A DNA stretch of 50,451 nt. Source: Promethearchaeota archaeon (lineage in GTDB: Archaea > Asgardarchaeota > Lokiarchaeia > Sigyniarchaeales > SOKP01). The notes beneath the pieces are model-generated. The model made no database searches, was not told the DNA's origin, and was given only the letters and a program-made list of their open reading frames with translations. Where the stretch lies: the NCBI GenBank assembly GCA_019057865.1, contig JAHLWP010000033.1, forward strand, positions 1 to 50,451, written 5' to 3'. The position numbers were made by a program, and so were the translations under genes. The first letter of the stretch is position 1. The number at the start of each line of letters is the position of its first letter. This document shows positions 29,761 through 38,555 of this stretch, piece by piece.

Positions 29761-30678
29761 ATGAAAATATCTAAAAATGAGGTAGATTTAAAAAATTTGA
29801 GAGAATATACTCAAAATAAATTGCAAAGAGATTCATTAGAAAGCATTATTAAGGAAAAAAAGAAACGAGAGGTGGATTTAAAAGAATTAATCAATGAATT
29901 AAAGGAAAAAATTAAGAAAGGCGAAAAGGAAATAAGTACGATTTTGAAAAAATATGAAATAATGGATACTGAAAAGCTTATAGAATTAAAAAATAATTTA
30001 CAATCGAAGCTTTCTGAACAAAAAACTTTAGTTAATCAATTAAAATCAGAGAAAGCTGAACTTAGGGAGACATTAGGAAGTGAAAATACAAATCTAGTTC
30101 ATTTAGAATCTGACTTACAAAATTTACAAAATGATTTAATGAAAAAGCAAGATCTTAGAAAAAAGCTTGAGTATCTTAAAGATTTAAAAAATTGGTTGGT
30201 TAACGAATTTCAAGTTCTTATTAGAGATATTGAGCGGGAAATCTTAGCATATAGTGCCCTTCAATTTAATGAGTATTTTAAGGATTGGTTCAGAATTTTA
30301 GTGGATGATGAAAATATAGAAGTAGAAATTCAAAGGGATGACTTTCAGCCAACAATTACTGTAAATGGTTATGAATCACCATTTAGAGACTTGTCTGGGG
30401 GAGAGAAAAGTGCATTATCATTAGCTTATAGACTTGCTTTAAATAAAATCATAAATGAACGATATCATGAAATTAAAACAAAAGATTTGCTGATTTTAGA
30501 TGAGCCCACTGATGGTTTTAGCCAACAACAGATAAATAAAATGCAAGATATTTTTGAAGTGCTAAATACTGCACAAATGATAATAATTTCTCATGAAACA
30601 AATCTCGATTCTTTTGTAACCGACATATTTAATTTTAAAAAGGAAAATCATATAACTAAAGTTACAAAAGAAAGTTAA
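29761..30678 (+). CDS. rad50: Rad50, C-terminal part (return coil, signature, Walker B, H-loop)
   Basis: LSGGE, LILDEPT and IISH; one missing base at ...GAGAAATAAATATG... would join it to the upstream ORF. Confidence 0.88.
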   Translation: MKISKNEVDLKNLREYTQNKLQRDSLESIIKEKKKREVDLKELINELKEKIKKGEKEISTILKKYEIMDTEKLIELKNNLQSKLSEQKTLVNQLKSEKAELRETLGSENTNLVHLESDLQNLQNDLMKKQDLRKKLEYLKDLKNWLVNEFQVLIRDIEREILAYSALQFNEYFKDWFRILVDDENIEVEIQRDDFQPTITVNGYESPFRDLSGGEKSALSLAYRLALNKIINERYHEIKTKDLLILDEPTDGFSQQQINKMQDIFEVLNTAQMIIISHETNLDSFVTDIFNFKKENHITKVTKES

Positions 30679-30759
30679 ATTTTGGTTAACCCTAATTATA
30701 AATAAATTTTCTTTATATAATTGACAAATTAAAAAAAAAAATAATTTTAGCAAGCGAAT

Positions 30760-30960
30760 TTATAAATCTCTTGCTTTTACAGTCTTTCTACCATTTGCTT
30801 TTGCTCGTCCTATAGCTTTATCAAGATACCATATAATATAATCATTCAAGGTGTCTCCATCAAGAACACCAGCAGAAGTGTTGCAGTCATGGCTTTTGAT
30901 ATATTCTCTTACTTTTGATTTAACAAAAAGGGGTTCATTTTTAGCGATTTTTTTTGCCAT
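30760..30960 (-). CDS. Histone-fold protein, alpha3-truncated (face-to-face-type) archaeal histone
   Basis: LFVKSKVREYIK...NTS...RAKANGRKTVKARDL; the protein ends right after the L2 RKTV..RD motif. Confidence 0.88.
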   Translation of the reverse strand: MAKKIAKNEPLFVKSKVREYIKSHDCNTSAGVLDGDTLNDYIIWYLDKAIGRAKANGRKTVKARDL

Positions 30961-31735
30961 TTTTTTGTCTTCCTCTTATAATATTTTATTGAAAATAGGA
31001 TTTAAAATTACTTTAAATAAATTTTTAGTTATTATTTATTTCCTCTCTGAATTTATAAAATTTTTTAATTTAACGGTAAATATATTTTCCCTTTTTTCTT
31101 AGGACTAGAAGGAAAAATTTTGAATTATAAAAATGTTAAATCATACCCAGAAAAAGCAAGATCGTTTACAACTAAGTTTTTTGAGGTTATATCTATTTTT
31201 AAAGCTTCAAACTTAAAAAAATCCTAAACTCTTTTCATGATTCTGAGCTTTCTATTACTAATTCTAATTTTACTAATTTAAAGAAAGGGTTTTTGGTTAT
31301 AATAAGCATTAAAAATCACAATCGAATATATATATGTTTTTTTAGTTGACATTTTTAAAAAAATTTTTAAATTTTAAAAAAGGCTTTAGATCTAAATTAT
31401 TACTGTGAATATTTAAATGTAAATGCTAAGGTATTACATAATTAATTAGAAAAAGCCTAATCAAATACACTTTAAGAAAGGTTTGGGATTCTAAAAAGTT
31501 TAATAAAATCTAAAAATCTTTTTACATGAAAAAAAAGAAGAGTTTATATTTAAGAAGTTAGACTTTATATTAACATTTTTAATAAGATAAAAGAGAAAGT
31601 CTAGGGAAAACTAAGTGTGAGTAAATAATCTAAATTATTTTTTATAGTCAATATCTTCTTCGATATTTTAGCCAACATAACTTTACAGTACTTGCTCTAA
31701 GAATTATTGTTTAAGAATTAGGAAATAATTAGATA

Positions 31736-32248
31736 GTGAATAAGATGAACAAAAACTTCCCTATTGATGATAGAATTCTTCTATTTATTGATAAATTGAA
31801 GAAAAGTATAAATGATGAAAAAATACCCTCTCGAATCGATAAAGCTATTAGAATGTTTAGAAGAGAAAAGAATTTGCTCTATATTGATAAAGATAATAAT
31901 TCCTTAAAAGCTGTGATAAAATCACAAACTAAACCAGATCAGTTAGAATATGCAATATCTCTTAAAAGGAATGGAGAATTTTTTTGTGGGACTCAAAATC
32001 TTTATTCGTGTGGAGGTCTGAGGGGAAAGATTTGTAAACATATTATATTAGCTTTAATTGCTGTGATAAAATCAGGAGTAGGAACTAGGAATGATATGAT
32101 TAATTGGGTTGAGAATACCATAACACACAGACCAAAATTTATAAAACCAGAGGTTCCAGAAATTTTTATGAAATATCAGTATGCTTTAGAGGGTAAAATA
32201 GAGTGGCGTCCTGTTGAGGTATTACCAGAAGATTTTATGGCATTTTAA
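31736..32248 (+). CDS. SWIM-like zinc finger protein
   Basis: AVIKSQT...YAISL...FCGTQNLYSCGGLRGKICKHI; C-terminal IEWRPVEVLPEDF. Confidence 0.72.
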   Translation: MNKMNKNFPIDDRILLFIDKLKKSINDEKIPSRIDKAIRMFRREKNLLYIDKDNNSLKAVIKSQTKPDQLEYAISLKRNGEFFCGTQNLYSCGGLRGKICKHIILALIAVIKSGVGTRNDMINWVENTITHRPKFIKPEVPEIFMKYQYALEGKIEWRPVEVLPEDFMAF

Positions 32249-32347
32249 AGTTAGGAAGATACCCTGTAAAAAAAGAATAAATAAATAAAAAAAAAGAGTT
32301 TTTGTAATTTTGCAATACCGATAAGAAACTTTCTTTGAGTATTCTCT

Positions 32348-32626
32348 TTATTTTGGAGGAGTTAATACTATTTCTATGGAGCTAACGTTATTCTCTTGCC
32401 CATTTTCTCCTTGCAGTTTCTCTGTGGAGAGCCTAATATCCTCGTATTCAGTTCCCTTGAGGAATCTGTTTCTAAGAATTTCACATACGTCAACTGCATG
32501 TGAAATAGCTCTACCACGAGCCTTAACAGTGCATACTTCGCCTTTATTAAGGATCATCATGGTCGCCATGACGTAATTCATTGTGGGTCGACGACCAACA
32601 AATACGTTATTTTCATCTTTTGACAT
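32348..32626 (-). CDS. albA: DNA/RNA-binding protein Alba
   Basis: VFVGRRPTMNYV, KARGRAISHAVDV and VSSIEIVL. Confidence 0.95.
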   Translation of the reverse strand: MSKDENNVFVGRRPTMNYVMATMMILNKGEVCTVKARGRAISHAVDVCEILRNRFLKGTEYEDIRLSTEKLQGENGQENNVSSIEIVLTPPK

Positions 32627-32699
32627 CTTTAATTACCTCTATGTTTTTTTAAATTTTTTAGTTTTTTTTGCTTTTTTGTTTTTGTGCGTTAATGTTGCA

Positions 32700-32724
32700 T
32701 CGTAATTTTATTTTTAAATTACGA
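32700..32724. promoter_or_regulatory. 9-bp perfect inverted repeat upstream of albA
   Basis: TCGTAATTT (32700-32708), 7-nt spacer, AAATTACGA (32716-32724). Confidence 0.4.
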
Positions 32725-32896
32725 GTATACATTTGTTTCAAATTTTTTAAATTTTTTAAATTTTATTGTCCAATTAATAAGAATATCGAATTTTTTGAAA
32801 TAAATTCTACTCACTTTATAGAAAAAGTCGAAAATAAATCAAAATTTTAAGTATTTAAAAAATAAAAAAATAGAATTTTAAAACTTAGAGTTATAA

Positions 32897-33136
32897 TTAT
32901 AAACCTTTTAGTTTTACACCAAGAAACATTAAAAACCAAGCGAGGAATAGTACAACTATTGCAATAAACATCCATGTTTCATATACAGAGAAGTCTCCAA
33001 TTTTAAAATCAGTGTCAATTAATATACTGTCTCCCTCTGGAAGTAAAAAACCCAAGTCAACTAAGATATATATCCCCAATACACATATAAGAAAGGATAT
33101 AATTACGGTAAATTTGGTTGGAGGTGTCCATGCCAT
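32897..33136 (-). CDS. Small two-TM membrane protein
   Basis: WTPPTK N-terminus, two hydrophobic helices, LGVKLKGL C-terminus; AGGTGA SD upstream. Confidence 0.75.
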   Translation of the reverse strand: MAWTPPTKFTVIISFLICVLGIYILVDLGFLLPEGDSILIDTDFKIGDFSVYETWMFIAIVVLFLAWFLMFLGVKLKGL

Positions 33137-33152
33137 TTTCTTTTCACCTTAA

Positions 33153-33197
33153 TAATTCTTTATTTTTTTAATTCTTTATTTTTTTTTAATTCTTTAT
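33153..33197. repeat. Three copies of TAATTCTTTAT separated by T runs, directly upstream of the small membrane protein gene
   Basis: Copies at 33153-33163, 33169-33179 and 33187-33197. Confidence 0.55.
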
Positions 33198-33309
33198 ATT
33201 TATTCAAAAATAGAGTATGAATTAAAATTGAGAGATCCATATTTAAGATTTATCTATTTAACTTTAAACCCATAATCTAATAACATTTAAGGGAAGAAAT
33301 AAAGTTATT

Positions 33310-34008
33310 TTATAAATCTAAATCATCATACTTAGTGAAATCTATTTCAATTATCTCTTTGAATTCACCTTTTTCTCCAGTTTTCGACTTATGAATTATT
33401 TTTTTATCATCCTCAGATATTTTCTCCTCTTCTTCTTTTTTAATGAAATCCCAAATTATGCTTATTACAAGTATAACGGAGATAATTATAAGCAGGGGGA
33501 TTAAAAGTCCTGAATCAGTTAAAAGTATTTTTACCCACCCAATATAAGGGATTATCCCACATACTACACCAAATATTTTATTTGCGGGGACTTCTGCCTC
33601 ATCAGGAGAGGCGTTTGCATCTCCTTTAGTTGTAAATAACCAACCATTGTCATACCTTTTACCAACAACACGATGTACAACTGGATCAGCTGGAGGATTT
33701 GACCATAACCCATGAGCATCAAATACAATAACGTCTCCTTCCTTTCCATCAATAGTCCCATTTTTTATATTTGCGGGATCTTTGCCCTTTACAAATAATA
33801 AATCACCTTTATTGTATTCCGGCTCCATACTTCCGGAAACTACTACAACCATAGGCAATTTAGTATCTAAGGAAATTTGCATAATAAAAAATATTAGAAA
33901 TGAGCCGGAAAAAGCAAAAACTATTAAAATGACTGCAGTAATAATTTTTCTTTTTGTTGAAATTTCTTTTTCCTTTTTTGTTGCAGTTTTTAATTTCTTT
34001 CTTTCCAT
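33310..34008 (-). CDS. sec11: Signal peptidase I, archaeal/ER (Sec11) type
   Basis: VVVSGSMEP, GDL, VVHRV (Ser-His dyad), TKGDAN..D and IPYIG; TM helices. Confidence 0.9.
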   Translation of the reverse strand: MERKKLKTATKKEKEISTKRKIITAVILIVFAFSGSFLIFFIMQISLDTKLPMVVVVSGSMEPEYNKGDLLFVKGKDPANIKNGTIDGKEGDVIVFDAHGLWSNPPADPVVHRVVGKRYDNGWLFTTKGDANASPDEAEVPANKIFGVVCGIIPYIGWVKILLTDSGLLIPLLIIISVILVISIIWDFIKKEEEEKISEDDKKIIHKSKTGEKGEFKEIIEIDFTKYDDLDL

Positions 34009-34240
34009 ATCTGTTAAACTAGTAATTCTATGGGCTATTAAAGAAAAAAATTAATATAAATTTTTGTTAAACTTATCAAATAAAATTGAAAATAAAGAAT
34101 TTGAGTTGTTACATATTTAGCTTATAGATATATCGATATTTTTACTAAATTTGATCACATAGAAAGAATTTTTAAACAATAATATCTAGTTGTTAATTAT
34201 CAATTTAACGAAATTTTATAATAGGGTAAGGATGTATTAA

Positions 34241-35065
34241 ATGCTTGAGAGAACTCATTCATTTGGTATAAAAAATAAAAGTAATACTGATATTCAAAAA
34301 ATAATGGAAGACGTATTACAAAAAAGTTTAAGATATTCCACAAAAACTGCTAAACTAGGAAATACTCTCCTTAGAATTAATTACTTCGATGAAAATATTG
34401 ATAAAGAATTACAAAAAGAAAACAAGATAACTATATTAAAAGAACCAGAAAAAAAAATTTATGTAAAAGTCAACGGAAAAATCTCAGATGCTCAAATAAA
34501 TCAATTATGGAGTGAACTAGAGAAAACTTTTGAAATTTCAGATGACCTGGATAAAGAAGTGGAAAAAATATTCTCTAAAGACGAAATTATTAGTAATATT
34601 ACAAGAAAGATTCAAGATAATGGATACAATATAGTGAAATCAGATGCAGAAACATTTATTGAGAATTTTCAAGAAAAATATAACCGTTTACCTGAAAAAG
34701 ATGAGATCAGTTCTATTGTAAAGGGCTATGTTATTATGACCAATGAAGAAAGATTAATAAATTCTGAAGAAGAAATTACTTCATTCACTGAGGAGGTTTC
34801 TACAGAAAATAACGTAAATATTTTTAAAGAAACTCTGGATAAACTAACTGCTTCAAAACATTCAAACCCAATTTCTTTACGTTCTTACGAGAACGGTGTT
34901 CTAGTAATTGAAAAACCTCTGGGACGTAGAAAATGTCCGAGTTGTGATAATGAAGGGCTAATTCATGAGATTGATGATAAATCAATTATTCTGATGGATT
35001 ATCCTAGAATTTACGGGAAGAAATGCTGTTGTGCTGAATGTGGTTGTGAATGGCGTGAGACATAA
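34241..35065 (+). CDS. Hypothetical protein with C-terminal zinc ribbon
   Basis: RRKCPSC...IYGKKCCCAECGCEWRET. Confidence 0.65.
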   Translation: MLERTHSFGIKNKSNTDIQKIMEDVLQKSLRYSTKTAKLGNTLLRINYFDENIDKELQKENKITILKEPEKKIYVKVNGKISDAQINQLWSELEKTFEISDDLDKEVEKIFSKDEIISNITRKIQDNGYNIVKSDAETFIENFQEKYNRLPEKDEISSIVKGYVIMTNEERLINSEEEITSFTEEVSTENNVNIFKETLDKLTASKHSNPISLRSYENGVLVIEKPLGRRKCPSCDNEGLIHEIDDKSIILMDYPRIYGKKCCCAECGCEWRET

Positions 35066-35258
35066 ATAAAGAGTCTATTTTTAACATCTATAAGGTTCTT
35101 TCAATTCAATACTTCTAAGAGAAATTAATCCCAAAAAATTCTAATTAATTCTCTTAAGTTTGATTTGAAAATAGTTTTATATATTTTAAAATTTAAAAGG
35201 TTAATAATTGATTTTTTTAAATTAAAAACATACAAATTAAAAATATATATTGATTTAA

Positions 35259-36224
35259 ATGGAAACTCATGGTATTATTTATAATCCTGTTGCAGGGAAA
35301 AAGAAAGAAACAACGAGAGATATTGAATATATGAAAAAATGTTTAGATGAATTAGATGTTTCATATAAATTATTTGAGACTGAATATATGGGACATGCGA
35401 TGGAATTAGCAAGTGAATTAGCAAAAGATGGATATAGAGTGATTGGCGCAGGAGGAGATGGTACTTGTAATGAAGTGATGAATGGAACTATAACTTCTAA
35501 TACTAATGCTTTGTGCGGATTTATTCCTATGGGATCTGGAAATGATATTCCTGCAGCTATTGGAATTCTTCCTGATATAATGAGAGCTTGTGAGATAATT
35601 GCTGAAGGTAATACTAGTAGAGCAGATATTGGATTTGCAAAAACAGACACGGGAATTCAACGCTATTTTTTAGGTATTGGGAGTCAGGGCTTTGATAGCG
35701 ATGTTACACGCAGATTTAATGAAGCAAAAAGAGGAAAAAGCTATGTTACACAAACTCTTAAGGCTTTATTGCCTTGGAAGAATAAGCAAATTAAGGTAAC
35801 AATGGATAATGATGTTTACGAGGGATATGCGAACTTATTAGCTTGTGCAAATGGTCCGAGTTATGGAGGATTTATGTATATTTGTCAAAAAGCGCGAGTA
35901 GACGATGGTCTTTTTCATATAAATATTGCAGATATTGGTAAATTTAAATTACTTAGACACTTTAATCGAATGTATAAAGCTACGCTCTTACCTCATCCAA
36001 ATATCTATGAATATACCAGTAAGAAAGTAAGGGTTGAAATGTTAAATTCTGAAGAACCTAATCCATACTTTTGTCAAGTTGATGGGGAAATTTTAGATAT
36101 TTTACCTGTTAATTATGAATGCATTGAAGATGGATATGAATTTATTCGACCAAAAGTAGATGAAGTAGCAGAAGCATTTAAAAAAGAGCATGGAAGATAC
36201 TTTTGGGATTGTAATTACGATTGA
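35259..36224 (+). CDS. Diacylglycerol/sphingosine kinase (YegS/DgkB) family lipid kinase
   Basis: NPVAG, GGDGT, PMGSGND, GFD, NGPSYGG, DDG and QVDGE. Confidence 0.9.
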   Translation: METHGIIYNPVAGKKKETTRDIEYMKKCLDELDVSYKLFETEYMGHAMELASELAKDGYRVIGAGGDGTCNEVMNGTITSNTNALCGFIPMGSGNDIPAAIGILPDIMRACEIIAEGNTSRADIGFAKTDTGIQRYFLGIGSQGFDSDVTRRFNEAKRGKSYVTQTLKALLPWKNKQIKVTMDNDVYEGYANLLACANGPSYGGFMYICQKARVDDGLFHINIADIGKFKLLRHFNRMYKATLLPHPNIYEYTSKKVRVEMLNSEEPNPYFCQVDGEILDILPVNYECIEDGYEFIRPKVDEVAEAFKKEHGRYFWDCNYD

Positions 36225-36240
36225 TATCTTTTTTTAGAGT

Positions 36241-36876
36241 TTGAAAAGCCTTATGCCAGATTGGGACGAGATTTTTTCTAAACGGGGAAAGATTTTTCAC
36301 GATCCTCATCCAGATATGGAAAAGATTTCTGAGTTATTGAAAGAAAAAGGAGTCAAACGAGTTTTAGATCTTGGATGTGGAACAGGTCGACACCTAATAT
36401 TTTTATCAAGGAAAGGATTTGTAGTATATGGTATGGATGCTTCACCTAAGGCTTTAGAGATGGCAAATAAATGGCTCATTGAAGAAAATGAAAAAGCAGA
36501 ATTACACTTGAATAGAATAGAACATAAATTTCCTTATGAAGATAAGTTTTTCGATGCTATAATTTCAATTCAAGTAATTCATCATAATCTGATAAAAGAT
36601 ATTATATCTACTGTTAAAGAAATTGAAAGAATTTTAAAAAAAGATGGTGTGATTTTCTTAACTTTTCCAGTATTAGGAACGGGATCTAAATTAGAAAACT
36701 GGGAATTAAAAGAAATTGAAAAAGGAACTTACATTCCTCAAAAGGGGCAAGAAAAAGGTCTCCCTCATCATTTTTTTACTGTAGACGAAATTTATCAAGT
36801 ATTTAGTTCCTTTAATATTCTGGAAGTTTATATGGATGAAACTAATCATCGTGCAATCTTAGGGATTAAGAAATGA
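36241..36876 (+). CDS. Class I SAM-dependent methyltransferase
   Basis: VLDLGCGTGRH, GMDAS, FDAIISIQVIHH. Confidence 0.88.
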   Translation: MKSLMPDWDEIFSKRGKIFHDPHPDMEKISELLKEKGVKRVLDLGCGTGRHLIFLSRKGFVVYGMDASPKALEMANKWLIEENEKAELHLNRIEHKFPYEDKFFDAIISIQVIHHNLIKDIISTVKEIERILKKDGVIFLTFPVLGTGSKLENWELKEIEKGTYIPQKGQEKGLPHHFFTVDEIYQVFSSFNILEVYMDETNHRAILGIKK

Positions 36877-36893
36877 GTTAAAGTCTTGAAAAG

Positions 36894-38033
36894 CTAGGTA
36901 AATTTATCTTTTTTAAATAAGGAAAATACAACTACTATTGCACCTAAAATGGCTATAGTCATTATTAATAAAGAAACCATTTCAATATCAATTTGGGGAA
37001 TATTTATATCTTCACGCCAAGGATGATTACCTTTATACATATCACTTAGATTAACAAAATAATTGTTATAGATAAATTGCTCTATTGCTTTACCAGTTAC
37101 TTCAAGACTGTGATTTGAAATATGGGAAATATCATCTTGAATTGTGTGATGATAAGGCCAATCTGGATTATTCCAAAAATTTATAATCAAATCAGCCGAA
37201 GGTATGCCAATATTTACAAACGCTTTATGGTCATCAGTAATATATCTAGAAATGGCATTTTTAGGGAATTCTTCTGTGAAACCTAAATTTCTCCCAACCC
37301 CGAATAACTCATCAAGTAAAGATGATGTAGAATATTGTTCATTTATAAATTTTAGATTAACTCCCCCCACCATATCTAATAATATCATACAATCAAATGT
37401 TTCATTTTCAGAATCGTAAAAGTTATCAATATCATCAACAAATTTTTCAGAGCCTTCACACCAATCCCATCCATCAATTCCATAAGCTACATCTCTTCCT
37501 TGATCTTCTGCATCAAAAAATAAAAACCATATTTGACATGATAAATTCTCTCTTCGTTCATAAAATACTTTAGCGAGTTCGAGTAGAACGGCACATCCAC
37601 TTGCTCCATCATTCGCACCCGGAACAGGATCATTTGGGTTAGTGCTATCTTTAGTTGCCTTGGCACGTGTGTCATAATGAGCCCCCAAAATAACAATATT
37701 ACTATAATTTTCATTTAATTTAAATAAAATATTCTGACATTCAGTTGAAAGAATGGTAAAATTATGGAGGATATAAGTAAAGTTATTATCAATTTCTTTA
37801 AATTTTGAAATAAAATAATTGGTACAATTAATTCTTTCTTCTGTCCCAGGGATTCGAAATCCTATATCTAATTGATCTTTAATGTAATTATAGGAATTTT
37901 CTTCATTAAAGTTTAATTCAACATCAATATTTTGTATTTTTAGGTTACTTGTAAAAATTTTAGGAATGAAAAATGAAAATATTGCAATTAAAATGAAACA
38001 ACTAAAAATTATTATCTTGTATTGCTTATTTAT
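36894..38033 (-). CDS. Membrane-anchored M28 peptidase / glutaminyl cyclase-like; true start about 115 codons upstream of the ORF-track start, probably ATA
   Basis: GAHYDTR, GANDGASG, FDAED, LLDMVG, DDH and HHT; the frame stays open upstream through FNEENSY...GFRIPGT and a hydrophobic N-terminal helix; GGTGGA SD at 38044-38039. Confidence 0.85.
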   Translation of the reverse strand: MNKQYKIIIFSCFILIAIFSFFIPKIFTSNLKIQNIDVELNFNEENSYNYIKDQLDIGFRIPGTEERINCTNYFISKFKEIDNNFTYILHNFTILSTECQNILFKLNENYSNIVILGAHYDTRAKATKDSTNPNDPVPGANDGASGCAVLLELAKVFYERRENLSCQIWFLFFDAEDQGRDVAYGIDGWDWCEGSEKFVDDIDNFYDSENETFDCMILLDMVGGVNLKFINEQYSTSSLLDELFGVGRNLGFTEEFPKNAISRYITDDHKAFVNIGIPSADLIINFWNNPDWPYHHTIQDDISHISNHSLEVTGKAIEQFIYNNYFVNLSDMYKGNHPWREDINIPQIDIEMVSLLIMTIAILGAIVVVFSLFKKDKFT

Positions 38034-38116
38034 TAGAATCCACCAATCAATTAAGAATAAAACTATATTTAAAGTTGTTATATAAATATTAAAAAATAAA
38101 AAAGAGATTTAAAGTT

Positions 38117-38539
38117 TTAAACAGGTTCGAAGCCTAAATCTACTCTCGTCTCACCTTTAATTTCAGTTTCTAAAAATTTTACTTTAACTGGCATATCTAC
38201 ACTAATAGTCTCCGGTTTACTTTCATCTACTCCTACTAATTGTCCACTAACCATAGGTCCCTCATCAAGTTTTATTACAGAGAAACAATAAGGTTTATTT
38301 CTTCCATAACCTTTTTCTACAAAAAAAGGAGTCCCCACCGTAATACTCGTAAACGCAGCAACTTTTCCCTTTCCTAACATTTCGACCCATTCCATATTTG
38401 CAGTATTACATTTAGTGCATAGTTTTCTTACAGGAACATATGTTTCTCCACAATCTTTGCATTTTGAGCCCATTAATTTTTTATTACGAATATACTCTAA
38501 ATAACTTTCAATGGTAAAATCTTTAACTGTTTCAGACAT
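38117..38539 (-). CDS. DUF35 Zn-ribbon/OB-fold protein (thiolase partner)
   Basis: CKDCG..YVPVRKLCTKC, G.V.AFT, PY...I.LDEGP. Confidence 0.9.
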   Translation of the reverse strand: MSETVKDFTIESYLEYIRNKKLMGSKCKDCGETYVPVRKLCTKCNTANMEWVEMLGKGKVAAFTSITVGTPFFVEKGYGRNKPYCFSVIKLDEGPMVSGQLVGVDESKPETISVDMPVKVKFLETEIKGETRVDLGFEPV

Positions 38540-38555
38540 TTTATCTTATTCACCT

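Noticed and set aside
31120-31228. Short TTG-started ORF of about 35 aa in the long intergenic region
   Set aside because: No recognisable motif; expected by chance.
30961-31735. Replication origin
   Set aside because: No ORB-like repeats with G-strings are visible and there is no adjacent orc1/cdc6.
33153-33197. Triple 11-mer as a CRISPR or mobile-element end
   Set aside because: Low complexity with T-run spacers and no cas or transposase genes; likely slippage.
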